This document shows, one piece after another, positions 31,875 through 41,599 of a stretch of 64,000 nucleotides of DNA. A model generated the notes under the pieces. It saw only the letters and a program-made list of their open reading frames with translations. It ran no database searches and had not been told where the DNA came from. Position numbers and translations under genes: made by a program. Origin of the DNA: Fidelibacterota bacterium (GTDB lineage: Bacteria > Fidelibacterota > UBA8477 > JABMPR01); contig JAIPJF010000017.1 of assembly GCA_021734325.1 (NCBI GenBank), positions 5,252 through 69,251 of the forward strand, read 5' to 3'. The number at the start of each line of letters is the position of its first letter. Positions within the stretch are counted from its first letter, which is position 1.

Positions 31875-32417
31875 ATGGAACATCAGAATTCTATTATTCA
31901 CTCAAATGCAAGCATCGGAAAAGAAGTAAAATTTGGTAATTTCAATATTATTCATGATAAGGTTAGCATAGGTGACAAGGTAGAAATAGGTAATTTTTGT
32001 GTCATCCACGAAAATGTGGTTATTGGTGAGGGTACCGTCGTAAAGGATTACGTTGAACTTCGGTCAAACACAGTGATTGGGAAAAATTCCTATATTGATT
32101 CAAGAGTTTCGAGTTCTGGAGCCTGTACGATTGGTGATAGAGTGACCGTTCGATATGATAGCATATTGGCGAGGGGAGTAGAAGTAGGAAACGATACCTA
32201 TATCTGTCCCAGAGTGATGACCAACAATCTCGACACCAAAAAGGAACAAATTGGGGGAGCAAAAATTGGTAAGAAATGTTTTATAGGGACCAATGCAGTC
32301 ATCCAGCATGGTCTAAAGATTGAGGATAATGTTATCATAGGGTCGATGAGTTTTGTAAATAAAAACTGTGTTGCCGATGGTGTTTATGTTGGATTGCCTG
32401 CTCGAAAAATACGGTGA
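31875..32417 (+). CDS. left-handed beta-helix (hexapeptide) acyltransferase
   Basis: Repeated [IV]GxxxxI hexapeptides, IGTNAVI and GVYVGLPARKI. Confidence 0.9.
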   Translation: MEHQNSIIHSNASIGKEVKFGNFNIIHDKVSIGDKVEIGNFCVIHENVVIGEGTVVKDYVELRSNTVIGKNSYIDSRVSSSGACTIGDRVTVRYDSILARGVEVGNDTYICPRVMTNNLDTKKEQIGGAKIGKKCFIGTNAVIQHGLKIEDNVIIGSMSFVNKNCVADGVYVGLPARKIR

Positions 32418-32499
32418 TATGATTATACGGCATTCATCAATGTATATGAGGAGATGGGTGGGTTGAAGGAATGACAAAGCCTAAAGCAAGGTGGATTAA

Positions 32500-33321
32500 A
32501 TGAAGATTATTGATGGAAGAGCAAGGCTAAGAACTGAAACATTTATAAAGTTTTGGGATCCTGATCATAATCCTGCAATAAAGGATTATGTCGAAAAGTA
32601 TCATATGCAGGACCGTCTGAAAGCTTTATCAGTTGAGCAGCTCATTCTTCATGCAAATGAGGCAGGTATTGAAAAACTGCTGATCTATGGAAGTACACCA
32701 GAAGAAAACTCCAGGATTTTAAAACTAAGCAAAGAGCACAAAGAGCTGATTCCAGTTGGCGGGGTGAACTTAAAAAAGGGAATAAGTGTGGCACTAGAGG
32801 AGATAATCAGATTAAAGGCGGAAAATATCGCAGCTATTGATTTCAGTTTCCTTTGTGAAAAAAATGTGAATGACAAAGATTTTTACGCATTATATGGTTA
32901 TTGTGAGGTCCACAGTATACCTGTGATCATTCACTCTGGCGTACATTTTTCCAGAAGTGCCTATTTATGGAAAGCGCAACCACAATACTTCGATGAAATT
33001 GCAGTTGATTTTCCGGAGTTGAAAATAATCATGTCCCATGGGGGCAATGGCTTTGGTCCTTCTGTACTGGCAGTTACCCAGAGGCATCCAAATATCTATC
33101 TTGAATTCGCATCAATGAGACCCAAGTATATGGCTCCGGAATTTATTCAAGCAGCCAACACCTATCTTAAGGATAGATGTATATTTGGTACTGATTATCC
33201 CTTGACAGATTTTGATAATCAAGTAAAACTTTGGCAATATGCCCTCCGGGAGGAGGTCTGGGATAAATTCTTCAGACAAAATATTCTTTCAGCGCTCTTC
33301 GAAAAACCAGTCAAGAATTAG
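32500..33321 (+). CDS. amidohydrolase-2 family protein
   Basis: IIDGRAR, PVIIHSG, DFPELKIIMSHGG and FGTDYP. Confidence 0.85.
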   Translation: MKIIDGRARLRTETFIKFWDPDHNPAIKDYVEKYHMQDRLKALSVEQLILHANEAGIEKLLIYGSTPEENSRILKLSKEHKELIPVGGVNLKKGISVALEEIIRLKAENIAAIDFSFLCEKNVNDKDFYALYGYCEVHSIPVIIHSGVHFSRSAYLWKAQPQYFDEIAVDFPELKIIMSHGGNGFGPSVLAVTQRHPNIYLEFASMRPKYMAPEFIQAANTYLKDRCIFGTDYPLTDFDNQVKLWQYALREEVWDKFFRQNILSALFEKPVKN

Positions 33322-33373
33322 GTCTGCTTCTCAAAGTTAGTGAGCTAGTTGAGTACAGTGAAATCATAGAGAT

Positions 33374-34084
33374 ATGAATAAAGAAGAAGTCGTTGCCAAA
33401 TTACTGCCTGTTTTGGAGGGTAAAGGACCTGGTGACATAATTTCTATTGCTTCACAAGAGTTGGGTGACCGCCTGATGATGACCACAGCTTTTGGGTACA
33501 GCGGGATAGTACTACTCAGCTTTGTAAAGGATGTCGCCCCGAATCTCCCGATCTATTTCATTGATACTGGATTCCACTTTGAGGAAACATTAAAGCTGAG
33601 ACTCAAGATCATGGCCGAATGGAATATTAATATTCAAAGATTGGCCAGTACAAGATTTAAAAAGGACCTTGATGAAATACTAGGCAGGGAAGCATATCGA
33701 ACGAATCCTGATCTGTGCTGTTACCATCGCAAGGTTGAGCCATTATTAAACCTCATGAAGGAAGATACTGTGTGGCTTTCTGCTACTAGAAGGGATCAGA
33801 GTCCAACGAGAGTTGGTACATCCGTAATCGAGATTGATGGTCGGGGCCAGATTAAGATTAGTCCCTTATTTAATTGGACAAGTGATGATTGTTGGACTTA
33901 TATCAGAAAGTATGACTTGCCATATAATCCCCTCCATGATCAGTATTATCCCAGTATCGGTTGTTATCCTTGCACAAACCCGGTGGATGAAGGGGGAACT
34001 GAGCGTAGTGGGAGATGGACTGGCATTGATAAAATTGAATGTGGTCTACATGTTCCGCTGAATCCAGATTCATCAAATGACTAA
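33374..34084 (+). CDS. cysH: adenylylsulfate (APS) reductase, CysH family, 4Fe-4S type
   Basis: IDTGFHFEET, CCYHRKVEPL, RRDQSPTR, YPSIGCYPCT, RSGRW and ECGLH. Confidence 0.93.
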   Translation: MNKEEVVAKLLPVLEGKGPGDIISIASQELGDRLMMTTAFGYSGIVLLSFVKDVAPNLPIYFIDTGFHFEETLKLRLKIMAEWNINIQRLASTRFKKDLDEILGREAYRTNPDLCCYHRKVEPLLNLMKEDTVWLSATRRDQSPTRVGTSVIEIDGRGQIKISPLFNWTSDDCWTYIRKYDLPYNPLHDQYYPSIGCYPCTNPVDEGGTERSGRWTGIDKIECGLHVPLNPDSSND

Positions 34085-35255
34085 AATTACCCGAAAATTT
34101 CAAGCGGGGGACGATGTCCATATCAATCGTCTCTACAAGTTAATAACCGGTATTGACAGAACTGAACAAGAATATGCATGGGAGTGGCTCGAGACATGGG
34201 ATGGCATGGGGAGCATCTGGCTGGTTTTTGATGACTCCCGTGAACCTAACGATCAGTTAATTGCTCAATATAGCCTCATTCCGACTCCCTTTTCATTTTG
34301 GGGGAAGAAGGTTAAAGCCGGCAAAACGGAAAATTGTATGAGCCATCCTGATTTTCGCGGTAAGGGGATGTATTTTCACCATGAAAGAGATTGCTTTGAA
34401 ATAGCAAAGAAATCCTTCCAGATCTTTTTTACAACGACTGGTCATGTCGCGAGGGGCGCACCGGGGAAGGTGCGTAAAAAACTAGGTTATGTACCCTTCG
34501 ACGATTGGGTCACATATAGCTATTGGCTTGATCGCAGAGAGCTTGCAAAGGAAATATCCTCCAAACTGCCAATTACTCTCAGAAAAAGAAACTGGCTCAA
34601 TAATTCAATCGCTCATATGATTAGTAAAATTATAGTCATGCGCTCAAAGATACCTACAGAAATAACAAAATATGATATTCGACTTTACCCAATCGAACGT
34701 TCGCCACTTGAAGAGATCGAGCAATTATGGAATCGGAATGCGGAATTATATGGGATATCCGTAGATCGAACCGCTGATTATTTAAAGTGGCGAATCAATG
34801 AAAATCCCTATATCTCCCATCATTATTTATGTTACTATGAAGAAAATATTCTTCAGGGCTACATTATATTTTCAAGACAGGATACGGATCTGTATATCGT
34901 GGACCTACTTGCCAACCAAAAAGATAATTCTATATTTATCAATATGTTTGACCATCTAAAATCCTATGGGATAGAAAAAGCATGCCACCGAATAAAGTGT
35001 CATACTCCCAGCCTGAACAAATTTTTAATCCAGGTTTTGAGTGTCGCCAAATTTGTGAATTATGCTGATCTCTTTACCCTGAACATTTTTAAGCAGAAAA
35101 CACCGCCCAAGCAGCTTTTTGTCTATGTCTCTGATGAAATCGAATCAGAAAAAGATATCTGGGATAATGGTTATTGGTATTTTACAGATATAGTAAAAGA
35201 GGGACGTCCCTATACAGTGAGACCGATTGATCATAATTTCAATCAGACTCCATAG
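34077..35255 (+). CDS. GNAT-family acyltransferase (two-domain)
   Basis: MSHPDFRGKGMY acyl-CoA motif and DRTADYLKWR, seen in GNATs from glycan loci. Confidence 0.8.
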   Translation: MTKITRKFQAGDDVHINRLYKLITGIDRTEQEYAWEWLETWDGMGSIWLVFDDSREPNDQLIAQYSLIPTPFSFWGKKVKAGKTENCMSHPDFRGKGMYFHHERDCFEIAKKSFQIFFTTTGHVARGAPGKVRKKLGYVPFDDWVTYSYWLDRRELAKEISSKLPITLRKRNWLNNSIAHMISKIIVMRSKIPTEITKYDIRLYPIERSPLEEIEQLWNRNAELYGISVDRTADYLKWRINENPYISHHYLCYYEENILQGYIIFSRQDTDLYIVDLLANQKDNSIFINMFDHLKSYGIEKACHRIKCHTPSLNKFLIQVLSVAKFVNYADLFTLNIFKQKTPPKQLFVYVSDEIESEKDIWDNGYWYFTDIVKEGRPYTVRPIDHNFNQTP

Positions 35256-35288
35256 ATGGAAAACTAAAAATAAAAGAATCGTGAGAAC

Positions 35289-36344
35289 ATGAAAGTAATG
35301 ACCATCATAGGGGCGCGGCCCCAATTCATTAAGGCTTCAGTAGTCTCCAAAGCACTGAGGAATCAGGGTGTTAAGGAGATATTGGTTAATACGGGGCAGC
35401 ACTATGATGATAATATGGCAAAAATATTTTTTGAGGAAATGGGGATACCCAGACCTGATTATAATCTTGGCGTAGGTTCTGGAACGCATGCTGCTCAAAC
35501 CTCAGCATCGTTGGTTGGGATTGAAAACATTATTTTAGATGAGAAACCAGACGCTCTCATTGTATATGGGGATACCAACGCAACGATCGCTGGTGCATTG
35601 GCTGCTTCAAAATTACATCTGAAATTAATTCATATTGAAGCTGGTTTGCGATCATACAATAGGCAAATGCCAGAAGAGATAAACCGCATTGTTACAGATG
35701 TCCTCTCAGACCTTCTCTTTGTTCCAACACAAATTGCAGTCGATAATCTTAAGAAAGAGGGCATTGTAAATGGTGTCCACATAGTCGGTGATGTGATGGT
35801 GGATGCCCTGATGGAGTATACGGAAGTTGCTGAAACGAAATCAGACATTCTTGACCGGTTGGCAATTGAAAAAAAATCATATGTGCTGTTAACCATCCAC
35901 CGTCCAAGCAATGCTGACAATAATGAACGCATTGCCAAAATTCTGGAGCAAGTCGCTGCATCCAAACTGCCGGTTATCTTTCCAGTACACCCCAGAAGCA
36001 GGAAAAGCGCAGAGTCGTTGATTGAAAAAGTGTCTGACCATGTTCGTTTGATAGATCCAGTGGGATATTTGGATATGATGCTACTTGAAAAATATGCGAA
36101 AATGATCGTAACTGATTCTGGTGGGGTTCAGAAAGAGGCCTATTTACATAAGACCCCCTGTTTGACCGTCCGAGGCGAGACTGAGTGGCTCGAAACCGTT
36201 CGGGACGGCTGGAACTATTTGGTGGGAGACAATCTGGAAGACATTTCACAACTCATGGCTCAATTTCCAGAACCCAAAGCGTGGCATAGTCACTACGGTG
36301 ATGGTCATGCAGCAGAACGTATCGTTAAGATACTGATGAGCTAG
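35289..36344 (+). CDS. wecB: UDP-N-acetylglucosamine 2-epimerase (non-hydrolysing)
   Basis: GARPQFIK, TGQHYD, HIEAGLRS, MPEEINR and TDSGGVQKEA. Confidence 0.96.
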   Translation: MKVMTIIGARPQFIKASVVSKALRNQGVKEILVNTGQHYDDNMAKIFFEEMGIPRPDYNLGVGSGTHAAQTSASLVGIENIILDEKPDALIVYGDTNATIAGALAASKLHLKLIHIEAGLRSYNRQMPEEINRIVTDVLSDLLFVPTQIAVDNLKKEGIVNGVHIVGDVMVDALMEYTEVAETKSDILDRLAIEKKSYVLLTIHRPSNADNNERIAKILEQVAASKLPVIFPVHPRSRKSAESLIEKVSDHVRLIDPVGYLDMMLLEKYAKMIVTDSGGVQKEAYLHKTPCLTVRGETEWLETVRDGWNYLVGDNLEDISQLMAQFPEPKAWHSHYGDGHAAERIVKILMS

Positions 36345-36359
36345 GATATCATATTCAAT

Positions 36360-37898
36360 ATGTCGAATAAGATGCGCGAATTTCGATCCACAACGAATAT
36401 CAAACTGGGACTATTTGTTCTCGCAATTCTGATTATCACCGTTTCCTTACTTTACACAAACTGGGTAATTGCCAAACTTCGCGATGACAATTTAAGGTTC
36501 TTGAGATATAACTCAAATCTTCTTGCCAACGCTCTGGCTGCAGACCTTCAAAGCAGGGCATACCAGGAAGAACAAAGGCAATTCCTCAGCTACAACGCCA
36601 GGCTCTACGCAAGTGCACTGTCAGCTGATGTTACGAGTATGGATTTCGCATTTAACCAGGTAATTCGAAATGTTAGCTTCCCTGTCATCATTACAGTCGT
36701 TGAAAAAGGGCAACAGATCGTGTACGCACATCGTAATATTGAGATTCCAGATACTGTGGTAGAATCATCCCAGATTGATTTTCTCTTATCCCTCGCCAAG
36801 CGTATGGATGCCTTGAATAGACCGATCCCCGTTATCTATAACAAACAGGAGATAATGCGAATTCATTTCGGGAAACCAGAAAGTCATAAGCTCCAGGAGG
36901 TTATCGAAAAGGTTATTCTGGCTGTTAATTTTCCTATGATTATCACCGAGAAAGACGAGAGTGGCAAGACGGTGATTCAAAATCACACCTTGAAATTCTC
37001 TCCGACTCTTGACCCCAGGGAAAGAGACGAGCTACTAAAGAATAGTCTAAAGAGGATGGATAGTAAAAATGAACCAGTCCCCGTAGAGTTTGAAGCGAAA
37101 ACGGTTATGCTGATCCATTATGAGGATTCAGAATTAATCCAGGCTCTTAGATGGTTTCCTTTCCTGGAATTTGGAATCATTGGGGCGTTTATCTTACTGG
37201 GTTTTGCCGGTTTTCAATTCATACGTAATGCAGAACGTCGTGGGATCTGGGTCGGATTATCAAAGGAAACGGCCCATCAATTGGGGACACCTTTATCCTC
37301 ACTTATGGGATGGATAGAATTGCTCAGAGAAAACAAACACTCAGACGAGACCAGGAAAATTGTCGAGGAGATGGATAAGGATTTACAGCGTCTAAATCAG
37401 GTCGCAGAGAGGTTCTCGAAGATTGGAGCAGGCGTAAATCTGGAAGGGCTCTCCGCCTACGATTTGATCCAACCTGTGCTGACCTATGTCCAGCGTCGGA
37501 TCCCTCAATGGGGTAAGTCAATTGAAGTCGAATTCATTTGTCCTGACAGTATTTATGTGATGGCACATCGGGAATTATTTGGCTGGGCTATCGAAAATAT
37601 GCTAAAAAATTCTGTTGATGCCATAAAAGGGGATCAGGGGACGATACGTGTGGAAGTGTTTTCAAGTGGAGACTGGACGAGTGTATTTGTAACAGATAAT
37701 GGTGAGGGTATTCCTTTCCGTGACCATAAAAATATTTTCAGGCCCGGATGGAGTTCCAAAAAACGGGGGTGGGGACTAGGTCTGAGTCTCGTTGAAAGAA
37801 TTATTAGAGAATATCACCAGGGTGATATTCTGGTTGAGTCTATCCCTAAGCAGGGTACTACTTTCGAAATTCGTCTCAAAACGGCGCCAAATCACTGA
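36360..37898 (+). CDS. membrane sensor histidine kinase with duplicated periplasmic sensor domain
   Basis: Two TMs, H-box KETAHQLGTPLSSL, N-box ENMLKNSVDA, DNGEGI and GWGLGL. Confidence 0.93.
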   Translation: MSNKMREFRSTTNIKLGLFVLAILIITVSLLYTNWVIAKLRDDNLRFLRYNSNLLANALAADLQSRAYQEEQRQFLSYNARLYASALSADVTSMDFAFNQVIRNVSFPVIITVVEKGQQIVYAHRNIEIPDTVVESSQIDFLLSLAKRMDALNRPIPVIYNKQEIMRIHFGKPESHKLQEVIEKVILAVNFPMIITEKDESGKTVIQNHTLKFSPTLDPRERDELLKNSLKRMDSKNEPVPVEFEAKTVMLIHYEDSELIQALRWFPFLEFGIIGAFILLGFAGFQFIRNAERRGIWVGLSKETAHQLGTPLSSLMGWIELLRENKHSDETRKIVEEMDKDLQRLNQVAERFSKIGAGVNLEGLSAYDLIQPVLTYVQRRIPQWGKSIEVEFICPDSIYVMAHRELFGWAIENMLKNSVDAIKGDQGTIRVEVFSSGDWTSVFVTDNGEGIPFRDHKNIFRPGWSSKKRGWGLGLSLVERIIREYHQGDILVESIPKQGTTFEIRLKTAPNH

Positions 37899-37930
37899 AA
37901 ATCCTAGATTTTTTACCTGGGAAATTATGT

Positions 37931-37959
37931 TTGACATGCCACAGGGCGTCGTTTAGATT
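37931..37959 (+). promoter_or_regulatory. sigma70 promoter of the rplM operon
   Basis: TTGACA (37931-36), 17 nt, TAGATT (37954-59). Confidence 0.7.
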
Positions 37960-38015
37960 ACGTCGCTTTTTCCGGACCGTAGGTGGCTTGGAGTTATGAA
38001 AAAGAAGGAATTGAA

Positions 38016-38447
38016 TTGAAAACATATAATGTTAAGGCGGGTGATATTGAGCGTGAATGGTGGATTGTAGACGCCACTGGGATGACTCTTGGGAGACTCT
38101 CAAGTTCAATCGCTCAGATCCTCAGGGGAAAACACAAACCAACATATGTGCCATATCTTGATAGTGGTGATTTTGTTATTGTGACCAATGCTGAGAAAGT
38201 TCGTGTCTCAGGCAATAAAGAAGAGCAGAAAACCTATTTTCGTCATAGTGGTTATCCTGGCGGAGCTAAGTTTACATCTCTTGCACAACTGCGTGAAGCC
38301 CACCCTGAAAGAATTATAGAATTTGCAGTGAAAGGTATGCTGCCACATAATCGTTTGGGCCGTGCGCAAATCAAGAAGATGAAAGTCTATGCCGGTGATT
38401 CACACCCACACGAAGCACAACAACCCAAACCACTTGAAATAGGTTAA
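38016..38447 (+). CDS. rplM: 50S ribosomal protein L13
   Basis: [19 protein letters not shown] and HSGYPGG. Start set at TTG 38016 after an AAGGA RBS. Confidence 0.97.
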   Translation: MKTYNVKAGDIEREWWIVDATGMTLGRLSSSIAQILRGKHKPTYVPYLDSGDFVIVTNAEKVRVSGNKEEQKTYFRHSGYPGGAKFTSLAQLREAHPERIIEFAVKGMLPHNRLGRAQIKKMKVYAGDSHPHEAQQPKPLEIG

Positions 38448-38451
38448 CTGA

Positions 38452-38847
38452 ATGAGCAATACGAATACATTTTATGCCACTGGGAAAAGGAAAACATCGA
38501 TTGCGCGCGTATACATGCAGCCCGGTAAAGGCATTATTAAAGTTAATAACCGCGAATTAGATGAATATTTTGGTCGGAAAACCTTGAGGATGCTCGTTCG
38601 TGAACCCTTGGAATTGACAGAGAACTCAAATCGCTATGACATCTCCGTGAATGTCAATGGCGGTGGTCTTTCTGGTCAGGCATACGCCATTCGTCATGGC
38701 ATTTCTAAGGCTCTACAGGGTGACAATAATGAATTACGTCCTGCCTTAAAGAAAGCTGGACTACTTACCCGTGATGCTCGCAAGAAAGAGCGTAAAAAAT
38801 ACGGCTTGGCTGGTGCTCGTAAAGCGTACCAGTTCTCGAAACGTTAA
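38452..38847 (+). CDS. rpsI: 30S ribosomal protein S9
   Basis: [15 protein letters not shown] and YQFSKR C-terminus. Confidence 0.98.
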   Translation: MSNTNTFYATGKRKTSIARVYMQPGKGIIKVNNRELDEYFGRKTLRMLVREPLELTENSNRYDISVNVNGGGLSGQAYAIRHGISKALQGDNNELRPALKKAGLLTRDARKKERKKYGLAGARKAYQFSKR

Positions 38848-38864
38848 AATTCTCAGGAGAGTTA

Positions 38865-39581
38865 ATGCATAATATTTCATTAGAGGATTTATTGGCTTCA
38901 GGCGCCCATTTTGGTCATATGACCAGCAATTGGGATCCGAATATGGAAGAATATATCTTCACAAAGAAGAATGGTGTGCACATCATTGATTTGTACAGAA
39001 CCATTGAGCAACTTACCAAAGCTGTTGATCTGGTAAGTTCAACTGTGAAGAAGGGTGGCTCCATTCTTTTCGTTGCCACCAAGAAGTCTGCCAAAACTGT
39101 TGTAGAAGAGGAAGCAGACCGTTGCGGTATGTTTCATGTAACAGAACGGTGGCTTGGTGGTACTCTGACAAACTTCATGACCATAAAGCAATCGATTAAA
39201 CGCTTACATCTCCTTGAGAAAGATGAGACCAGCGGTATTGCAGAAACTTTGACAAAAAAAGAATTACTGATGCGCTCCCGCGAAAGAATTCGTCTTCAGA
39301 CCCAGCATCGTGGTATCAAGGATATGAGACGTCTTCCAGACGTGGTCATCGTTGTAGATGCTAAGAAGGAGTCTATTGCAATAGCAGAAGCTTTACGATT
39401 AGAGATTCCGATCATTGCTGTAGTTGACACGAATACTGATCCACGTAAAGTAGATATTCCAATTCCTGCTAATGACGACTCTATTCAGGCTATTCGTTTG
39501 CTTATGGGGACCCTTGCTGATTCCATTTTGGAAGCTAAAGGGATTTCCAAAGTGAAGGAAACTGAAGAAGCTACTGCATAA
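38865..39581 (+). CDS. rpsB: 30S ribosomal protein S2
   Basis: [15 protein letters not shown] and IPANDD. Confidence 0.98.
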   Translation: MHNISLEDLLASGAHFGHMTSNWDPNMEEYIFTKKNGVHIIDLYRTIEQLTKAVDLVSSTVKKGGSILFVATKKSAKTVVEEEADRCGMFHVTERWLGGTLTNFMTIKQSIKRLHLLEKDETSGIAETLTKKELLMRSRERIRLQTQHRGIKDMRRLPDVVIVVDAKKESIAIAEALRLEIPIIAVVDTNTDPRKVDIPIPANDDSIQAIRLLMGTLADSILEAKGISKVKETEEATA

Positions 39582-39615
39582 TAACACATATATTTAAACC
39601 CGGAGAAGAGTGAGA

Positions 39616-40224
39616 ATGGCTATTACAGCTGCTGCGGTTAAAGAGCTGCGCGAGAAAACAGGCGTCGGAATGATGGAGTGTAAAACAGCACTTCAGGAAG
39701 CCAATGGGGATATGGAAAAAGCGATCGATGTACTGCGTAAAAAAGGTGCATCCAAAGCTGCTAAAAAAGTGGGTCGCGCGACCAATGAAGGACTGATCTT
39801 CAGCTATATTCATGCTGGTGGAAAGCTCGGAGCAATTGTTGAAATTGCATGTGAAACAGATTTTGTAGCAAATACTGATCAATTTCAGGCTTTGGGTCAT
39901 GATATTGCCATGCATGTTGCTGCTGCCGCACCTGAAGTAGTGAAACGGGAACAAGTTTCAACTGTGGATCTCGAGAAAGAATCTGAAATATTTAAAGTTC
40001 AAGCCCTGAATGAGGGAAAACCAGCGCAAATTGTTGAAAAAATTGTTGCTGGCCGTCTTGAGAAGTATTACAAGGAAGTTGTTTTGCTGGAGCAACCCTA
40101 CGTGAAGGATCCTGAGAGAAATATCGCCGATCTCGTAAATGAGACTATTGCTTCTCTGGGTGAAAACATGTCCATTGTACGCTTTCAGCGCTTTGCTGTT
40201 GGAGAATCCACCACCAGCTCATAG
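39616..40224 (+). CDS. tsf: elongation factor Ts (short form)
   Basis: VKELREKTGVGMMECK and CETDFVA. Confidence 0.97.
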   Translation: MAITAAAVKELREKTGVGMMECKTALQEANGDMEKAIDVLRKKGASKAAKKVGRATNEGLIFSYIHAGGKLGAIVEIACETDFVANTDQFQALGHDIAMHVAAAAPEVVKREQVSTVDLEKESEIFKVQALNEGKPAQIVEKIVAGRLEKYYKEVVLLEQPYVKDPERNIADLVNETIASLGENMSIVRFQRFAVGESTTSS

Positions 40225-40248
40225 AAATTCTATAGATCAGGCGAAAAA

Positions 40249-40980
40249 ATGTCAGCCGAACCAATCTACAAGCGTGTACTACTAAAATTAAGTGGCGAGT
40301 CGCTTGCAGGTGATTCGGCTCTTTCTATTTCTACAAAGGTACTGGACCAAATGACGACTGATCTTGAGGCCGTTGTACAGTTAGGTGTTGAGGTCGGTAT
40401 TGTAATAGGTGGCGGTAATATTTTCCGTGGGCTTTCCGCAAAAGCCAAAAATATGAACCGGGTAGCTGCTGATCATATGGGCATGCTTGCCACGGTGATC
40501 AATGCTGTTGCTCTGGGAGATGCAGTTAAGCGACGTGGGATTCCGGTCAGTGTGTTGACAGCCATTGAAATGAATAAGATCGCTGAACCCTTCACCCAAA
40601 GAAAAGCCCTGCAGCACTTAGCGGATGGGAAAGTGGTAATATTTGCTGGCGGTACCGGGAATCCTTTCTTTACAACTGATACTGCGGCGGCGTTGAGGGC
40701 TGTTGAAATGGGAGCTGATGTTCTCTTAAAGGGCACTCGAGTTGATGGTATCTATTCTGCAGACCCGGAAAAGGATGCAACAGCAACATTTCTTCCGAAA
40801 TTAAGCTACGATGAGGTTCTCAGTCAGAATCTTAGAATAATGGATCAGACGGCATTTGCTCTCTGTCGTGAAAATCAACTTGCAGTACATGTATTTAATA
40901 TGGAAATTCGTGGAAATTTGTTAAAAGTCATACAGGGATCAAACATCGGATCGGTTGTGGGAGGTAACAATGATAAATGA
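40249..40980 (+). CDS. pyrH: UMP kinase
   Basis: LLKLSGE, GGGNIFRG and GNPFFTTD. Confidence 0.98.
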   Translation: MSAEPIYKRVLLKLSGESLAGDSALSISTKVLDQMTTDLEAVVQLGVEVGIVIGGGNIFRGLSAKAKNMNRVAADHMGMLATVINAVALGDAVKRRGIPVSVLTAIEMNKIAEPFTQRKALQHLADGKVVIFAGGTGNPFFTTDTAAALRAVEMGADVLLKGTRVDGIYSADPEKDATATFLPKLSYDEVLSQNLRIMDQTAFALCRENQLAVHVFNMEIRGNLLKVIQGSNIGSVVGGNNDK

Positions 40981-41527
40981 ATTATTTAAGGATGTAGATC
41001 ATCGAATGAAAATGTCCGTTGAACACACAAAAAATGAGTTCAGCGGTTTGCGAAGTGGTCGTGCTTCTATCACTCTGGTTGAGCATATCAAAGTACCTTA
41101 TTATGGTAATCCGACACCTTTGAATCAGGTAGCCAATCTAAGTGTTCCTGAACCACGAATGATTGTTATTCAACCCTGGGAGAAGAGTCTCACAGCCGAT
41201 ATTGAAAAAGCTGTTATGTCGGCAGATCTTGGATTGAATCCGACGAATGATGGGGTCGTGATCCGTATCCCGATTCCGGCCTTGACAGATGAACGCAGGA
41301 AAGAGTTAATCCGCCACGTGCACAATATTGCTGAAGATGGAAGAATTGGGATTCGGAACGTTCGACGTGACGCAAATGATCATCTAAAGAGGGCCGAGAA
41401 AGAGCATGAGATTTCAGAGGATAATGCAAAACGCGCTATCAGCAATGTTCAGGAAATGACGGATAAATATATTAAAGAGATTGATGAGGCTGTAGCATTA
41501 AAAGAGAAGGACATTATGGAAGTATAA
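40970..41527 (+). CDS. frr: ribosome recycling factor
   Basis: LRSGRA, LGLNP, PALTDERRKEL and IRNVRRDAN. Start at ATG 40970 after GGAGG. Confidence 0.97.
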   Translation: MINELFKDVDHRMKMSVEHTKNEFSGLRSGRASITLVEHIKVPYYGNPTPLNQVANLSVPEPRMIVIQPWEKSLTADIEKAVMSADLGLNPTNDGVVIRIPIPALTDERRKELIRHVHNIAEDGRIGIRNVRRDANDHLKRAEKEHEISEDNAKRAISNVQEMTDKYIKEIDEAVALKEKDIMEV

Positions 41528-41543
41528 TGTCTTTTTACATAGT

Positions 41544-41585
41544 GAAATAAAAAAGCTCCGAAGATCTCGGAGCTTTTTTTATTTC
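41544..41585. terminator. bidirectional intrinsic terminator between convergent frr and ahpC
   Basis: GAAATAAAAAAGCTCCGA-agatc-TCGGAGCTTTTTTTATTTC hairpin with A/T tracts on both sides. Confidence 0.9.
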
Positions 41586-41599
41586 TACTCGAGTGAAGT

